Shown here piece after piece: positions 45,503-58,830 of a stretch of 63,499 nucleotides of DNA. Below the pieces are notes generated by a model. That model saw only the letters and a list, made by a program, of their open reading frames with translations, searched no databases and was not told the DNA's origin. The position numbers and the translations under genes were made by a program. Origin of the DNA: Balamuthia mandrillaris (taxonomy: Eukaryota); contig JAVKOQ020000085.1 of the NCBI GenBank assembly GCA_031835245.2, forward strand, positions 124,001 through 187,499, in the 5' to 3' direction. The number at the start of each line of letters is the position of its first letter. Within the stretch, counting starts at the first letter, position 1.

Positions 45503-47866
45503 TTACGACCACGTCATTGAGGAGGACCCCTCCGACGTGGCAGAAGTGGCAGAGGTTGCCGTTGGAGCAGTCGTTGAAACCGAGGTAGCAGCAGTGGAGG
45601 AAAGATAAGAGGAAAGGCCACCAGATTGATAAGAAACTGGGAGGCTCATGCCCGGTATATAGGCCTGTTGCCCTGTTGTTGCTGCAATAGAAGAAGAGGA
45701 TGAAGGCCACCCATAAGCTGACAGCAGGGAGGCGTAGCCCGATCCTGCGAGGTCGAAAATCGACGTTGGCGTTGTTGTGGTTGTAGGTGTCGCTGCAGCC
45801 ATTGACGACGACATCAGCGGAAACGAAGCAGATGATGCAGTAGGCAGAGAAGGGGAGGGAGTGGATGCTGACGAAAAAGAGCTGGTGGTTTCGCTTCCGG
45901 AAGATGAGGGCAGGGTAGGCGAAACAGAAGAAGTTTCGCCAAGTCTCGCTTTCTTCTGGGAATGAAATGGCTGTTCGTTGGTGTCTGTGAGAGGAGGAGA
46001 GCCGGGCGGGGTTGTGGGTGGTGTAGTCGGAGACTTGCTGGTTGCGGTAGCAGGCATATGACTTGGTATGGTAGGATCATAGGCGTCGTCATCGTTGCCA
46101 TTGGTGCCAGAAGTATTATTATCCCCATCTGACGACAGAAAAGAGGCCACAAAGGCAGACTGGGACGGAGAGCCTGGTTCTAGTGGCAGCTTTCCCATCA
46201 ACTCCTGTAAACATTGAACCCAGAATTAGTGCAGCCAAACATAAGAAGAACAAAGGGGAGAATAAAGAAGAACAACTGTCAGGAAAACAAAATAAACGAA
46301 ACCAATAAAAAGATCAGATGTGACGGGAAAAGGTACAGTGATTTTGCTTCTTAAATGTTCTGCATTCTTTAAGCGATCTTGGCTCTGGGAAAGATCAAGG
46401 CTAGTTTGTCGCATGGCGTTTTCTTGTTCCGCAATCATGTCAGTGAGCAACGAAATCAGTTTGCTACGTCGCTCCAAGTCAGCTTCCAATTGCTTAGAAT
46501 ACTGTTGTAGAATGGCGCAGGCTTCGTTTGTTTCGGTGGCCACTTCTCTCAGTTCCGTTTGACCTACAATAAGAATTGCGATGACGTTAGACAATTCCAA
46601 ACGTGGAAGGCTACATTATCAAAACAAATACATAAATAACAAACAAAACACAACCAAAACAAATACAAATACAAATACAAATACAAATACAAATACAAAT
46701 ACAAATACAAATACAAATACAAATACAAATACAAATACAAATACAAATACAAATACAAATACAAATACAAATACAAATACAAATACAAATACAAATACAA
46801 ATACATAAACATATACAAATGCATATACAAATACAAAACCACAAAACCACAAAACCACAAAACAATAAAGCAGAACAAAAACAAAAACCAGAACAATAAA
46901 GACAAAAAGAAGGACAAGCACAAACATAACAAAAACAAAATAGGTGCATTTACTTTGTACATCATTGAGGAAGGAATCATCGCCATTGAATAAGTCAGGC
47001 AACGATGACACTTTTTCTTCCAACACCTTCACTGCCAAAGAGGCTTGTGCTTGTTCACCCAGCGCCTTAGAGACGATGTTGGTCTCTAAGGCCGGTGATG
47101 ATGAATCAAGGGAAAGTGAGTTAGCAGGCTTGCTCCACTCACCAAGCTTTCGTTTGTCACCAACAGCTGCCCCACCCTGTAAGGCATTCTTTATATCTCT
47201 AACAAACCCAGCCCCAAATACCTGTCGTTGTTCCCACACATCCAGCAGTCGCATAAGCTTTCTTTGGTGCTCTGGCGCACTCTTGCTGTTTAGTATTTCA
47301 GTCAGAGCGCCACTCTTTCGTTTCACTTATTGTGCTTATTGCAGGACAGAGAACAGATATAGAACCCAAAGCATAGAGGAGAGGAAACAACACAGAGCAA
47401 ACGAGAATAACAGAGGAGGGAATAGGGCTGGCGAAAGATATTACCTCCAAGCATGGGTAAAAGCAGGTTCCATAATCTTGCTGAACGCTCCCACAAATTC
47501 CTCTCCTTTCTTGCGGCTGATCTGCAGTATGTCATTGGCGAGATAAAGGAACAGCAGTTTACGCGTGTTTGGCACCTTGTACAGTTCTCGCTCCCAAATG
47601 GCAACGCTTTGCTTGTACCTCTTCCGGTGGTACATGATCCAATGGGATAACGCTGTACATACATAAAGGAAGGCGGGAAGCAGGCTGCCTATCAGCAAAC
47701 AAGCCAGCAACCAACAATACAAACAACAACACAAAAGCCAAACAAACGCACTAAAAAAACAACAGAACAAAAGTGGGAGGAGAGAAGACGAACTTTGTAT
47801 GCTTTGCAAAGAGTCGTTCAGTTTATTGAGCTTTTCCACCAGTACTTCCTCCGTGTAGGCCGACAT
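45503..47866 (-). CDS. RNA polymerase II CTD-interacting (CID) protein, RPRD1/Rtt103 family
   Basis: KLNKLNDSLQSIQ, LSHWIMYHRK, KLLFLYLANDILQ, RLLDVWEQRQVF, CREPT-like coiled coil. Confidence 0.88.
46658..46806 (+). repeat. Intronic (AAATAC)n array
   Basis: Direct observation; reads (GTATTT)n on the sense strand of the host gene. Confidence 0.95.
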
Positions 47867-48219
47867 GTTGGATAAAGCACCGCCCTAACAGAACTGTAAC
47901 CAGCAACACCGAAGCAGCAAAACAAAGACACGAAGCGGGAGGTGCCTTGCCTTCTTCTTCTTCTGCCCTTTTTCTTTCTTTCTTTCTTTCTTTGGCCAGT
48001 GGTGGTGGTGAGGGTGAGGGTGCGCTGGGGGATTTTATTTTTTTTGGTGCCACGATTGATCCACGCATGTTTAATCAAGACCTTTTCCGATCATTAACGC
48101 CCATCCTATTAGGTAAATATCCTCTTGGGAAGCAAAGAGCAGGAGAGGCGTCACATCCCCCACCACCACTTCACCTCCTCCTTCCTGCCCCTTCCTTCTC
48201 CCTCCTCCTCCTCCTCGGC

Positions 48220-49093
48220 ATGTTCAGAAACACCTTTCAGTCAGGCTTTCTTTCCATCTTCTACAGCCTGGGGTATCTATCATGCTCCTTCCTTCTCTAC
48301 CTGTGCATTGTGAATGTTCTTAAATGCACTCACTATTTATGTTTAACTTGCGACGTTTCTGTGGTGCACCAGGAGCGATCCCTTGCAGCTTTGGGAAGAG
48401 CACGGTAATGCTTTTGTCACACTGCTGTTCTTTTCATCTTTTGTTATGACTGACAATTGTTGTCGGTGGTATTCCATTCTTTTTGCGTCTTGGTCTTGTT
48501 CTTCTTCTTGTTCTTCTTGTTCTTTTGTTCTTTCTTCTTCTTCTTCTTCTTCTTCTTCTTCTTCTTCTTCTTCTTCTTCTTCTTCTTCTTCGTCTTCGTC
48601 TTGCTTCGTTTTCTTTGTTGTCACTATCATATAAATATGCATTGGGCATTGCTGCCGTAGAAGAAGGTGAAGGAGGAAGCATAACCTTTGTGGTGGATGA
48701 GGATGTCCAGTCCAAGGTGGTACAAGTGGTGGCTGAAAACATAAGCAATACTTATCTATCATGTCCTGCCAACCCAAAGCAAGCCCTGGGCATCAAACTA
48801 CCGTTCCTTGTGTTCATCATAAAGAACGTGGGTGCATCCATCTGACAGCTAAGAAAACACCGAACAGTGGTCCCTATCTTCTATTCAACTAACTCGTTTA
48901 TTGTTTCACCATGTGGCTATCACCGTCATCACTGCCGTACTACAGATGAACCGCTATTTTTCATTCGAGGTAGAGGTCATGGATGATAAAAACTTCCGGC
49001 GGCGCCTCCGTGCCTCCAATTATCAGGTAGTTATTCTTTTTGTTTATCTCTCCGCTCTTTCCTCTCCCTCTCCCTCTCCCTCTCCCTCTCCCT

Positions 49094-49136
<43 letters not shown>

Positions 49137-49522
49137 TCCTCCCCCTCTCTCTCTCTCCCTCTCCCTCTCTTTCAGTGTATGCTGCCCTTTCTAAAATGGA
49201 GTTTGGCTACACATTGTTCCATGCAATACAGTCAAAGGCTAGAGTGAAGCCATACATTTGCACGATGCCACTGAAGCTGGCTGATGGGTGGAACCTCATA
49301 CAGATAAACTTGGAAGAGCTAACGCGCAAGGCCTACGGCAATAGCTACGTGGAGACTCTACGCGTGCAGATGCATGCCAACTGCCGCCTCCGCCGCATAT
49401 CTTTTGCGGAGCGGCTCTATTCGGAGGACGACCTGCCCCCCGAGTTCAAGCTCTTTCTCCCAGCATCCACTGGCGCTGCTTCCTCTGGTGCTTCTTCATC
49501 AGTGACCTTTTCTTCTGAATAG
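48220..49522 (+). CDS. CFAP20: Cilia- and flagella-associated protein 20 (BUG22)
   Basis: [76 protein letters not shown]. Confidence 0.95.
48494..48600 (+). repeat. Intronic (TTC)n microsatellite
   Basis: Direct observation. Confidence 0.95.
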
Positions 49523-49546
49523 CCTACCCCCCCCCAATAAATACAC

Positions 49547-49786
<240 letters not shown>

Positions 49787-49792
49787 CACCAG

Positions 49793-50532
49793 ACTCCATC
49801 CACAACGCCTTGGAGCGGCCTGTGGTGTATCGAGCCCTGCAAAGCCTACAGAAGAAGCTCGGTGCTGAGCGCTTCCCGTTAGTGCCAATGAGCTATTACA
49901 GCCACCACTCTGCCATGCGTTTCACGCCCGAGTTTCCCCTCGTTGCCAAGGTCCGTGCTTTGTTTATCTTCTCCGCTGGCCTGCACCACTCACGACCTTC
50001 CTGAAAGGTTGGTTCTGCGGAGGCTGGCTATGGCAAAATGCGTTTCCTCAAGCAAGAGGACTTGGAAGACTTTAGAAGGTTTTTTTATCACAAGCTGGCC
50101 CATTCTCTTCTCTTCATCGTTCTCTTCATCGTTCTCTTCTCTTCTCTTCTCTTCTCTTCTTCTCTTCTCTTCTCTTCTCTTCTCTTCTCTTCTCTTCTCT
50201 TCTCTTCTCTTCTCTTCTCTTCTCTTCTCTTCTCTTCTCTTCTCTTCTCTTCTCTTCTCTTCTCTTCTCTTCTCTTCTCTTCTCTTCTCTTCTCTTCTCT
50301 TGTTGTTCTTTTCTTCTTCAAGCGCCTCTGATGATTTTGGCAATATCATTTATGGTCATCCTCTGGACGCAGCGTGTTAGCTCTGCATAACGACTATGTT
50401 ACTTTGGAAAGGTTCGTCGAGGATAGGCTCTATGATATTCGCGTGCAAAAGATTGGCGACCACTACAGAGCCTACAAGAGAGAAAATGCTAATTGGAAAG
50501 GTAACTTCGCTGTTCTCCTTCTTACACGTGTT

Positions 50533-50568
<36 letters not shown>

Positions 50569-50965
50569 TCACCGGATGATGGCAGGCAATGTAGGCACAT
50601 GCCTGCTGGAAGAAATAGAGGTGACAGAGAAATTTAGGGAATGGGCAGAAGAGTGTGGCAAACTATTTGGTGGAATGGACATTTTAACAGTGGTACTTTC
50701 CCCCCTTTCTCTTCTAGCTTTGCTTAGTGTGCCTAACTTGCTTATAGGATGCGATTCACACAGCAGATGGCAAGGATTGGATCTTGGTACGTCAGCAAGC
50801 AAACACAAAACAACCTTTGCCTAACACCATTTCTACGATCTGTTGTCTTGGCAGGAGATAAACGACACCGCGAGCGGATTTGCTCCCTGCAGTTTGGAAG
50901 AGGACATGGCGGTTACTCGCCAACTGGTGTTACAACGCCTACAGGAGGCCTATGACTCCAGCTGA
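49793..50965 (+). CDS. Synapsin-like ATP-grasp protein, 5' exons missing
   Basis: SIHNALERPVVY, FPLVPMSYY, FPLVAKVGSAEAGYGKM, YDIRVQKIGDHYRAY, NWKGNVG, FGGMDILTVDAIH, ILEIND; six in-frame exons but no start exon. Confidence 0.85.
50134..50300 (+). repeat. Intronic (TTCTC)n array
   Basis: Direct observation. Confidence 0.95.
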
Positions 50966-50984
50966 GCTCGCAGGCGGAGGACTT

Positions 50985-51017
50985 GGGCTAGGGCTAGGGC
51001 TAGGGCTAGGGCTAGGG
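50985..51017 (+). repeat. (GGGCTA)5GGG telomere-variant-like repeat
   Basis: Direct observation. Confidence 0.9.
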
Positions 51018-51869
51018 TTGGCGCTCTGGCGGAAATTTTTGTGCTTTTTGCCATGGGTGACCCCTCAACCTAGGTCTCTGCTGACGTCATTGAGGCTTCC
51101 TTTATCTCCTTGCTTGCTTGCTTGCTTGGGCTTTTTTTTGCTGGCGGCGAGCAAAAAAATCAGCAAGCAAGCAAGAAAAAAGTAAACTGAGCCCCCACGC
51201 ATAACCCCCCAAACACCACCACTACAACAACAAACAAAGAAAAAGAGGACCTGAAGCAGGTGCAGCTCTTCTCTTCCCCCCTTTTTGGCCTTGGTGCCAC
51301 GCCACTGGGGAACAACCAACCCACAAACAACCTTCCCTAAAACTGCCAACTGCAGTTTCACCTCCATATATACACCCGCCTACGGACTTTTAAACAACAA
51401 ACATAAGAAATAGAGGGCAGCAGGGAGGGAGGCAACGTAGTTGCAGCACTAACCGGTGGGAGCTGCTCCCTTCCACAAGTAGCCCAATACTTTAACCAAG
51501 ACAACAAGGGGATAGCAGTAAAATTGCACAGACCCCTCCTACTTTTCCTGGCTTGGAAGTTTCCCAACCAACTAAGTTGATTGGACACAACTCCGTTCTC
51601 CCTCCAACTTGCAGGCCGCCCCCCAAAAAAAAATTGCAACCCAGCCTACACACTCCCCTTTTCTTCTTTGCTCTCCCTCCTCTTCTTCTGTTATTTATTC
51701 CCTTAAATCTTGGGAATTTGTCTGCTTAGAAGGACCTTCGGTCTCATCTCCCACCCTCCCCATCAGATCAGCGCAACTCAACTCAATCCAACTTCAACCT
51801 CGAAGTGAGTGTAAATAAGTAGCCTCCTGCGGTGGCTGACGTTGACAAACCACCCTTCTTGCTTGACTC

Positions 51870-54658
51870 ATGGCAAGCATACAGCAAGAAAGCTGCTCTG
51901 CAGCAGCTGGTGCTGCCCCGGCGTTCACAAATTCATCCACTTCACGACATGGCCCTTCCTCCTGGCCTTCAGTACCCAACAACACTCCCCTTCACCCTCA
52001 TCAAGACAAAGCCAAGACTTCAGCCACCAACTACAAGCAAGCTTCCTCTCGCAACAAATTGGCAACGGAGAGCCTTTCCTCCTTCCCAATGCCTGTCAAT
52101 ACAGCCACAAGCCACCGCCAAAACCATGCACGCCGCCGTCGCCCTCCCCCTCAACGTATCTCCGTCCATCCCCGCGACCGATCTACTGCCCCTGCTGTAA
52201 AGCCCTTCAAAAGCGCCTCATTGCCGCCAGAGTCCACCTCCGCCACTTCCTTTGGTAAAGATCTAGGTTGGCTGCCTTCTTGTTTTCTTTTATTTTTGTT
52301 TGTTCTTGTTCTTGTTCTTGTTCTTCTCTTGCTTCTTCTTCTTGTTTTAGTTCTTTGCCTTTTCTTCCTTAGTTATGTCTCATGTAGTGGCAGGGCTCCC
52401 CCTAAATGGTAACACTAACACATTATTTTGGGTTTTGAATAGCAGTAGCAGTACAGCAACCTGTACAAGCGGTTCACTCCAGTGGCAGTACCCTTCATGA
52501 TGGAGGTCATCACCAATATTACAACAAAGATGGACAACAACAACAACAACAACAACAACCGCTATCAGCAGCAATCAGGCAAAGCTACGCTACCGAAAAC
52601 CAGTATTCCTTCAAGCAAGAAGGGAAAAGCCGCCATCAACATCACCGCCAGCACCACTCCTTACCACGCCAATTGTTCAAAACCCAACAAAGCCGTGAAG
52701 CGGACAAACCCAAAAAGTCGGCCACTTGGTCTGCCATGCCCACCAACGCTATCTCTTCTGCTACTTCTACTCCAACTGTTACCACTGCCACTACTATTGC
52801 CGTGGAATCGCTATCTTGTCTTACGGATGCAAGCGAAGGAAAAGAACGTTCGAGCTCTCCTCCCTCCTCCGAATCTGACTTTGTGGACAGCCTTTTTGCA
52901 ATGGCAGGTCTGGTAGACACACCTTCCGATCCAAGCTCCTCCATTTCCTGTTCGCCCAAGAAATCCGGCACTACTCAAGCAACGCCCTCGACGAGCTGCA
53001 GTGGGTCCACCACAGGACCCACAGTACCGGTAGATGACTTTTATTGGGCTGGTGATGGCTTGTTTTCCCTCCCAACCCCTGCCCAACCCTCCTCGGCCAC
53101 GAGCAGCAACTCTCCTGGCGATGCCCAGATGCAGCACTCCAAGGCCTTTGGTCGTTGGTTTACAGCAATCTCGGAAGAAACGGGAGAAAGTGGCGAGGCT
53201 CAAACCACAGACTTGCCTTCCTCTGCCATGAGTAACTCTGACCATGATGGCGATAACCTCTGGCAATCAACAGAACGGAGCAAAGAAAGTGAAACCATCG
53301 ACAGCGCTTCCTCGCAAACCAAGTCACCTCCTGACCAATCGGATACGTTACCTTTTCCATCTCCCACCAAACAACAAGTCGCCTCCATTTCCACCTCTGC
53401 CACCACTATCACTTCTACCCCCAGTGTTTCCAAGGTGGTAACTCCGCCACCTGGCTTTAATGCACGAACAATCGCCACCCAGGAGCACACTGCACCCCGA
53501 CCTGACGAGTCCCTTTCAACAAACACAAAACAACCCGTTCCCATTGCCTCTCCCAGCTGGGAGGAAGTCCCCTTGTCATCTACTATCCCAACAACCAATA
53601 ATCCTTCGACTATCAATCCCACTGCCACCCCCAACAACACCGCCGACGTTGCCGCCACTACCACCGCTGTTACCAACGGGACCGCAGGCTTACTAGACCA
53701 GTTACAGCCTGATCACCCCGCTCAGTCAGTTGAGGATGATAACAGGGTGTCCAAAGTGACTGTTGCTCCTGTCAAGAACCCAAAGAATGCATCCAACCGT
53801 AAGCGCCGCAGCCTCAAGAGCTATCTTCCTGCCTCTAAGCCACTGACCAATCCTTTAATTTCTACGAACCCTGTGGCCCCCTCTTCTCGCCCTCCAGGCC
53901 CCCCCTCACAATTTTTGACCAACTCTTCTTCCATTACGTCTGCTTCCTCTTCTTCTGCTCCTGCATCTTCCATTGCTGTTTCTTCCACGGGTTCCGGCCG
54001 AAACAAACGAGGAGGAGCAAATACAAATACCAGCAACGGCAATCAAAATGGTACCCGTGGAGGCGGAAGCAGCGGCAGCATACCTTATCCCCCTCCGCAC
54101 CCTTTAACCCACCCTCACCTGTTGCTCTTCAACCAAGCAGCAGTACATGCTCATTCAGCAACCTTTGCATTGCATGCTGCCGCCAGCCTTCCCAGTGTTT
54201 ATATGCATCACCAACAGCAATCACAACATGGATCCAGGCCGCCCCATCCAGCTGCGGCATATCTCTCCCAAAACCCTTATTTTTCGCAGAACCTCTATGC
54301 GGCAGTCTCTGGCTCTGGCTATCTTACGCACCCCCATCATCATCACCCCCACCATGTCCCTCACCCACACTCACATCCGCATCACCTCCACCCTTTTAAT
54401 GGCTACAATAATGCCTATTCTCTGGCTGGTGCTGCCGCTACTGCCTCACCTTACTCCCACTCTAACGCTGCTGCCAGCACCGATAACACCACTTCCACCG
54501 TTGGTGCTAGCACCAAGCAAGTCCCCACTAGCAATGGCGGGCGTGGCTTCCCTGCCCCTAAGAAAGGCTCCTCGTCTTCCTCCTCATATGGGCATCATCA
54601 CCACCCAAGCCATGCCCATCATCAACAGCAACATAGCCAACACAAACAAGCCCACTAG
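51870..54658 (+). CDS. Large intrinsically disordered Ser/Thr/Pro-rich protein with His-rich C-terminus
   Basis: Exon 51870-52254 splices in frame to a >2.2 kb open exon starting ~52443; no globular domain recognised; true start uncertain. Confidence 0.65.
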
Positions 54659-54756
54659 TAAGCCAAGCTACCTTCCGCTTGCATTTATTTTATCCTTCTT
54701 CTCTCCACGCTTCATAAAGCCACTTCTTTTTTTTTTTAAAAAAACTACCTTTGCGC

Positions 54757-55961
54757 TCAGTGCAAACTTTGCAGTTTCTCTGAGATGGTAAGCTGGGTAC
54801 GGGTCAGGTTAGCCAGGTACACCACCATCAATAAGTCTTTAAGGCTCTGATTGAAGACTTTAGTGAATGCAGCCGAGTCCAACGAAGGCAGGGAAGAAAG
54901 CGTGTCTGCTAGCAACCGTGCAATCTCAGGGTCTGCTGATTCCGTTCCGCTCTGATAGGTTTTGGTGGTTGTTTGGTATAAGCGGGGTTAAAGCAAGGAG
55001 AAGGCTTGGCCACGTACCAGCACGCCTTGAACGTACTCAGACACAGTGTTGAGGAGAGAAATGAGCCGCTGTAGAGACAGCTCGAGCGTGTCAAGCTCTT
55101 GGAGCAGTATGCCTTCTCGCTTATTTTGGCTTGCCTTGGTCAGAAAATCCACTGCGCAACCATCACGCCGGTTATTAGAAAGAGTGTATGAGAGGAAGAG
55201 TGCAAAACGTACATCCGATTTGCTCTGACTTTTGGGCTTCAAAATCCAACTGCACGGGCTTGAATTGGAACCCCAAGGAAGCCTCCTGTCCAGCGGAAAA
55301 TGAGAGAGAGGAACTGATGTATGCATTAATGTTCATCTTGTCGTTGTTGAGACCAGTGTCGACTGTAAGGTGCAGAGGAGGAGCCTGCATCTCGCTCCAG
55401 TAAAAGTTATGGAACAGTACCGAGTTCTGGTTTATGGTGCCTCCGGTGGAGTACCTGCCAGAAGGAAAACGCGTAGCAAAAGAAGGAACAAGAGAAGAGG
55501 AAGCGTTAACTAGGGGGAAACGCACTGACAGCGAAAAGGAACAAACGTACCAACCAACCACTCTTTCTTGGGGATTGGCTTTGAGGTGAAGCTCATACAT
55601 GTTTCGGTGAAAGTCTCTGTCCAAGGCAGGCTACCACCATCACCACCACATAATAATAGATCAGACACTGAACAAATAGGTACAAAGTGCAAGCAAGAAA
55701 GAAAGTTACCTGATCGGTTTCAGTATGTGGGACAGGGAAACAGTTCCTGATCTCTACTACGCCATCATTGTTGACCCCCAAAAGAGTGCCGATGACACGC
55801 TCTTGTCCTTCCGTCCTTCGCGCAAAGTGGTCCAAGATGCTAAGCACTACCACAGGATGGAGCTTGCAGCTGGTGGTTGAGTAGCCTATGTTCAGGAAGA
55901 GATTGGAGTCCTTTGTGGCTTGAGTGTTTAACGCAGCAACGGAGGAGGAGGAACCAGACAT
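54757..55961 (-). CDS. EIF3F: Translation initiation factor 3 subunit F (MPN domain)
   Basis: HPVVVLSILDHFARR, RVIGTLLG, NCFPVPHTE, VVGWYSTG, LHLTVDT, DLLMVVYLANLTRTQL. Confidence 0.93.
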
Positions 55962-56205
55962 GACGCTTCAAAAGAAAAAAAAAAAATCTGCTTCCTGGAA
56001 GGCAAAAGCGACAAACAATCGACCCGCAAAAGCAGCAAAAAAGAAACAAGAATAAAAAAGGGGAGGGAGGAGGAAAGAAGAAATTGAGAAACTCTGAGGG
56101 TCCATTTCCCTGGCTAATCAGCCTCCCCAGGTTTACCTTCCCAACCTATTATTATCCGCTTATTCTTGCCAGTAAAAGCCTGAAGAACCCAACAACAACC
56201 AAACG

Positions 56206-57496
56206 ATGCTGCCTGTCAGCAGCTCCTCCGGCAGCGGCTACCGCCCTTCTGGCTTTGGTGTGGAGGAGGCCACACCTCCTGCCTTTGCCTTTGCGGACAT
56301 TAATGGCATGAGGCCTGTTGCTGAGAACACTAACATCTCCGATCAGTCAACCAAAGTTTTGGTTGTAGGCGACGCTGGCGTAGGTTCATGGTTTTTCTTG
56401 CAGAAGTGTTGCCATGTAGCTGACCTTTGCTACAGGCAGGTAAGAGTAGCCTTGTGCAGTTACTAAGTTCTAGCCAAGCCCTGGCCAAACCTTGGAATTC
56501 CCGAACCGTTGGCTGTTCAGTTGAACTAATGGTAGTTTTTTTTTCTTCTTTTTGTTTCGGTTTGCTCACAGTTCCTCTCAGCTACATGAGCACAGGAGAC
56601 GGCAATACTTTATTGAACTTTGGGATGTTGGTGGAGCTAAAAAGTATGCCAAGGCTCGCACCATCTTCTTCAACGCTCCAAATGGTGAGCCCTTCCTCTC
56701 TCTAACTTCTTGGTACCTCTCAGGCTACTTACATTGTCTCAAAAGGATTAATATTGGTTCATGATCTCACCAACCGAAAGTCGTTTGAAAATTTAAGTGG
56801 ATGGATAAAACAAGTGATAGGAGCAGATAGTTTTCGATGGAAGGGGATAGGAGAAGCTTCGGGTAGTGCCAACAGCGAAGACGCATTCCAACAACAGCAT
56901 ACATTCTCTTCCACTATCCTTTCCCACACTTCTTCTTTTTCTTCTTTGCCATTCTCCCCCTTCTCTTCACTCACCAGCGATAAGCCACAAACAAGGGCAT
57001 TTTCAGAGCATAAGTTAGAGCTTGAGCTCTTTCGTGGCAGCTTGCCTGTGCTTATCATAGGCACAAAAGCAGACCTTTGGGCTACCAGCAAATTCACAGC
57101 ATTAAAACCTTTGTCTAGCTCCGAAATAGTGGAAGGGCACAGCCTTTATGTGGTACATATTCCCTGTATTCATTATTCTATGGCAACTGGTATAATGACA
57201 ATGTTCGTCCCCGATCTTTATTGGTTTCTTAGAACACACTCGACGCGACTACTTTTCTTGAAGGTACTAAAGCACATGCTCAGCTGCATGCTTTTCTTGA
57301 TCTAGTGCTTGCTCATGATATTGGCCACCAGTCTCATCGAAGCAACTCTTCTTCTCACGTTCAAATGTATGTAGTAATGTTTTAAATTTGCCTCATTTTT
57401 CTTTATTTGTTCACTAAATGTTGCTGCCACAGAGTAGTGCGAGATGATCCTGTCAAAGAAAATACTTTACATCACAGAATATTGTCCCTTATTTAA
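56206..57496 (+). CDS. RABL3: Rab-like protein 3 small GTPase
   Basis: KVLVVGDAGVGKSSLV, TVGCSVE, FIELWDVGG, ILVHDLTNRKSFENL, IGTKAD. Confidence 0.9.
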
Positions 57497-58305
57497 TGGT
57501 TGTAAATAGTTATCCATCGTTTAATCAAGGCTTTTAAGAAAAATATGATATATGATTCTTGTTTCATCAACATATTGGGTCCATGACAGTATCTTGGCAC
57601 TTTTGGTAAGATATGGGATGTAGGCTGAGTAGTGCTCTTTCAGTATTGCGCTTCAGGTGTTTCAGAGAGCAAAGTGAGGCCATTGCCACAGTAGTGTTTG
57701 CCTTCTGCAAACTAAGAGTTGTTCCTTCTTCTACATGACTAAGTCAATGAGGAGATTGGTTGATGATGATTACCTTTCTCACGCGCCTCAAAAAGGCCAA
57801 ATACCATTGATTGCAGCTTTCATGGTAGTTTTAGTTAAAAGCATTCTGCTAAGGCATCAAAAGTGCAGGCCAGGACGACTGCTTTGGTGTCCTTGGCATC
57901 CACCAAGGTCTTGAATCTTTTGGCACAGCTGCCTCAGAGAACATGGTTGGTTATTCCATTTGCAAAACCACCAAAGTTTCACTGCTGAAATAATATCTGT
58001 TGAAAATAGTTCTTTGCTTGTTGCACCAGAAGGCATCCTTGAGCAGCTGCAGCAACGTACAAGGCCTATATTTCAACACTATGTTCTTGAGATCAATGAG
58101 TTTAAACAAAAGTGACCAGAGCCCATGCTTTGGGAGCATTGGATCTGTATGAAGAGATATGATATATAGTTCACAGGTTTCATTTGTTCATTTGTTCTAA
58201 TACAAGAATGCAGTAGAGAAGTTAAGGGAGGGTTTCTTATATATTATTAGTGCTTTCAACACAGTTGAAAGTAAGGACAGTTAGATCAGAGGTGGTAAAT
58301 GAATA

Positions 58306-58620
58306 GTCTTTGACAGAAGTAGTAGTAATAAAAGTTTATTTGCTCTGAGAGCAACACCAATCTATACATAAAAAGTAAGCCTTGTACATACATAGTGTAC
58401 TCTTACTTTTCTTACTCCCTCATCCTCAATGCCTTCCCAATTGTTACTCAATTCACAAGTGAAAGGTGTTGAATGAGATTTCAGACCAACTTTGTATCAT
58501 CTAGCTATCCTTTTCTTTCCCTTTCCTTTTTCCTCTTTTCCTTGCTTACATTACTTCCAAAGACTGATAAAATGCAGAAGAACTTCCATGCTTCCAACTT
58601 GCTCTTGTCTTTGACAGAAG
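58306..58620 (-). mobile_element. 5'-truncated non-LTR retrotransposon copy (~287 bp) with (TAC)n tail and 14-bp TSD
   Basis: 58320-58606 repeats the ORF2 end and 3' UTR of the adjacent long element; flanked by GTCTTTGACAGAAG at 58306-58319 and 58607-58620. Confidence 0.85.
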
Positions 58621-58830
58621 GTATTGAGTAGTAGTAGTAATAAACCAATCTATACATAAAAGTAAGCCTTGTACTACATAGTGTACTCTTGCCTTTTTTA
58701 TCGTTGATACAAGTAAATCCAAAATCAAAAGAGAAAGGCAAACGTGAAAGGTGTTGAATGATTTCAGGAACCAACTTTGTATCATCTAGCTATCCTTTTC
58801 TTTCCCTTTCCTTTTTCCTCTTTTCCTTGC

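Noticed and set aside
48220..49522. CFAP20 as evidence for a flagellated stage
   Set aside because: CFAP20/BUG22 is retained in non-ciliated eukaryotes, so it is not diagnostic
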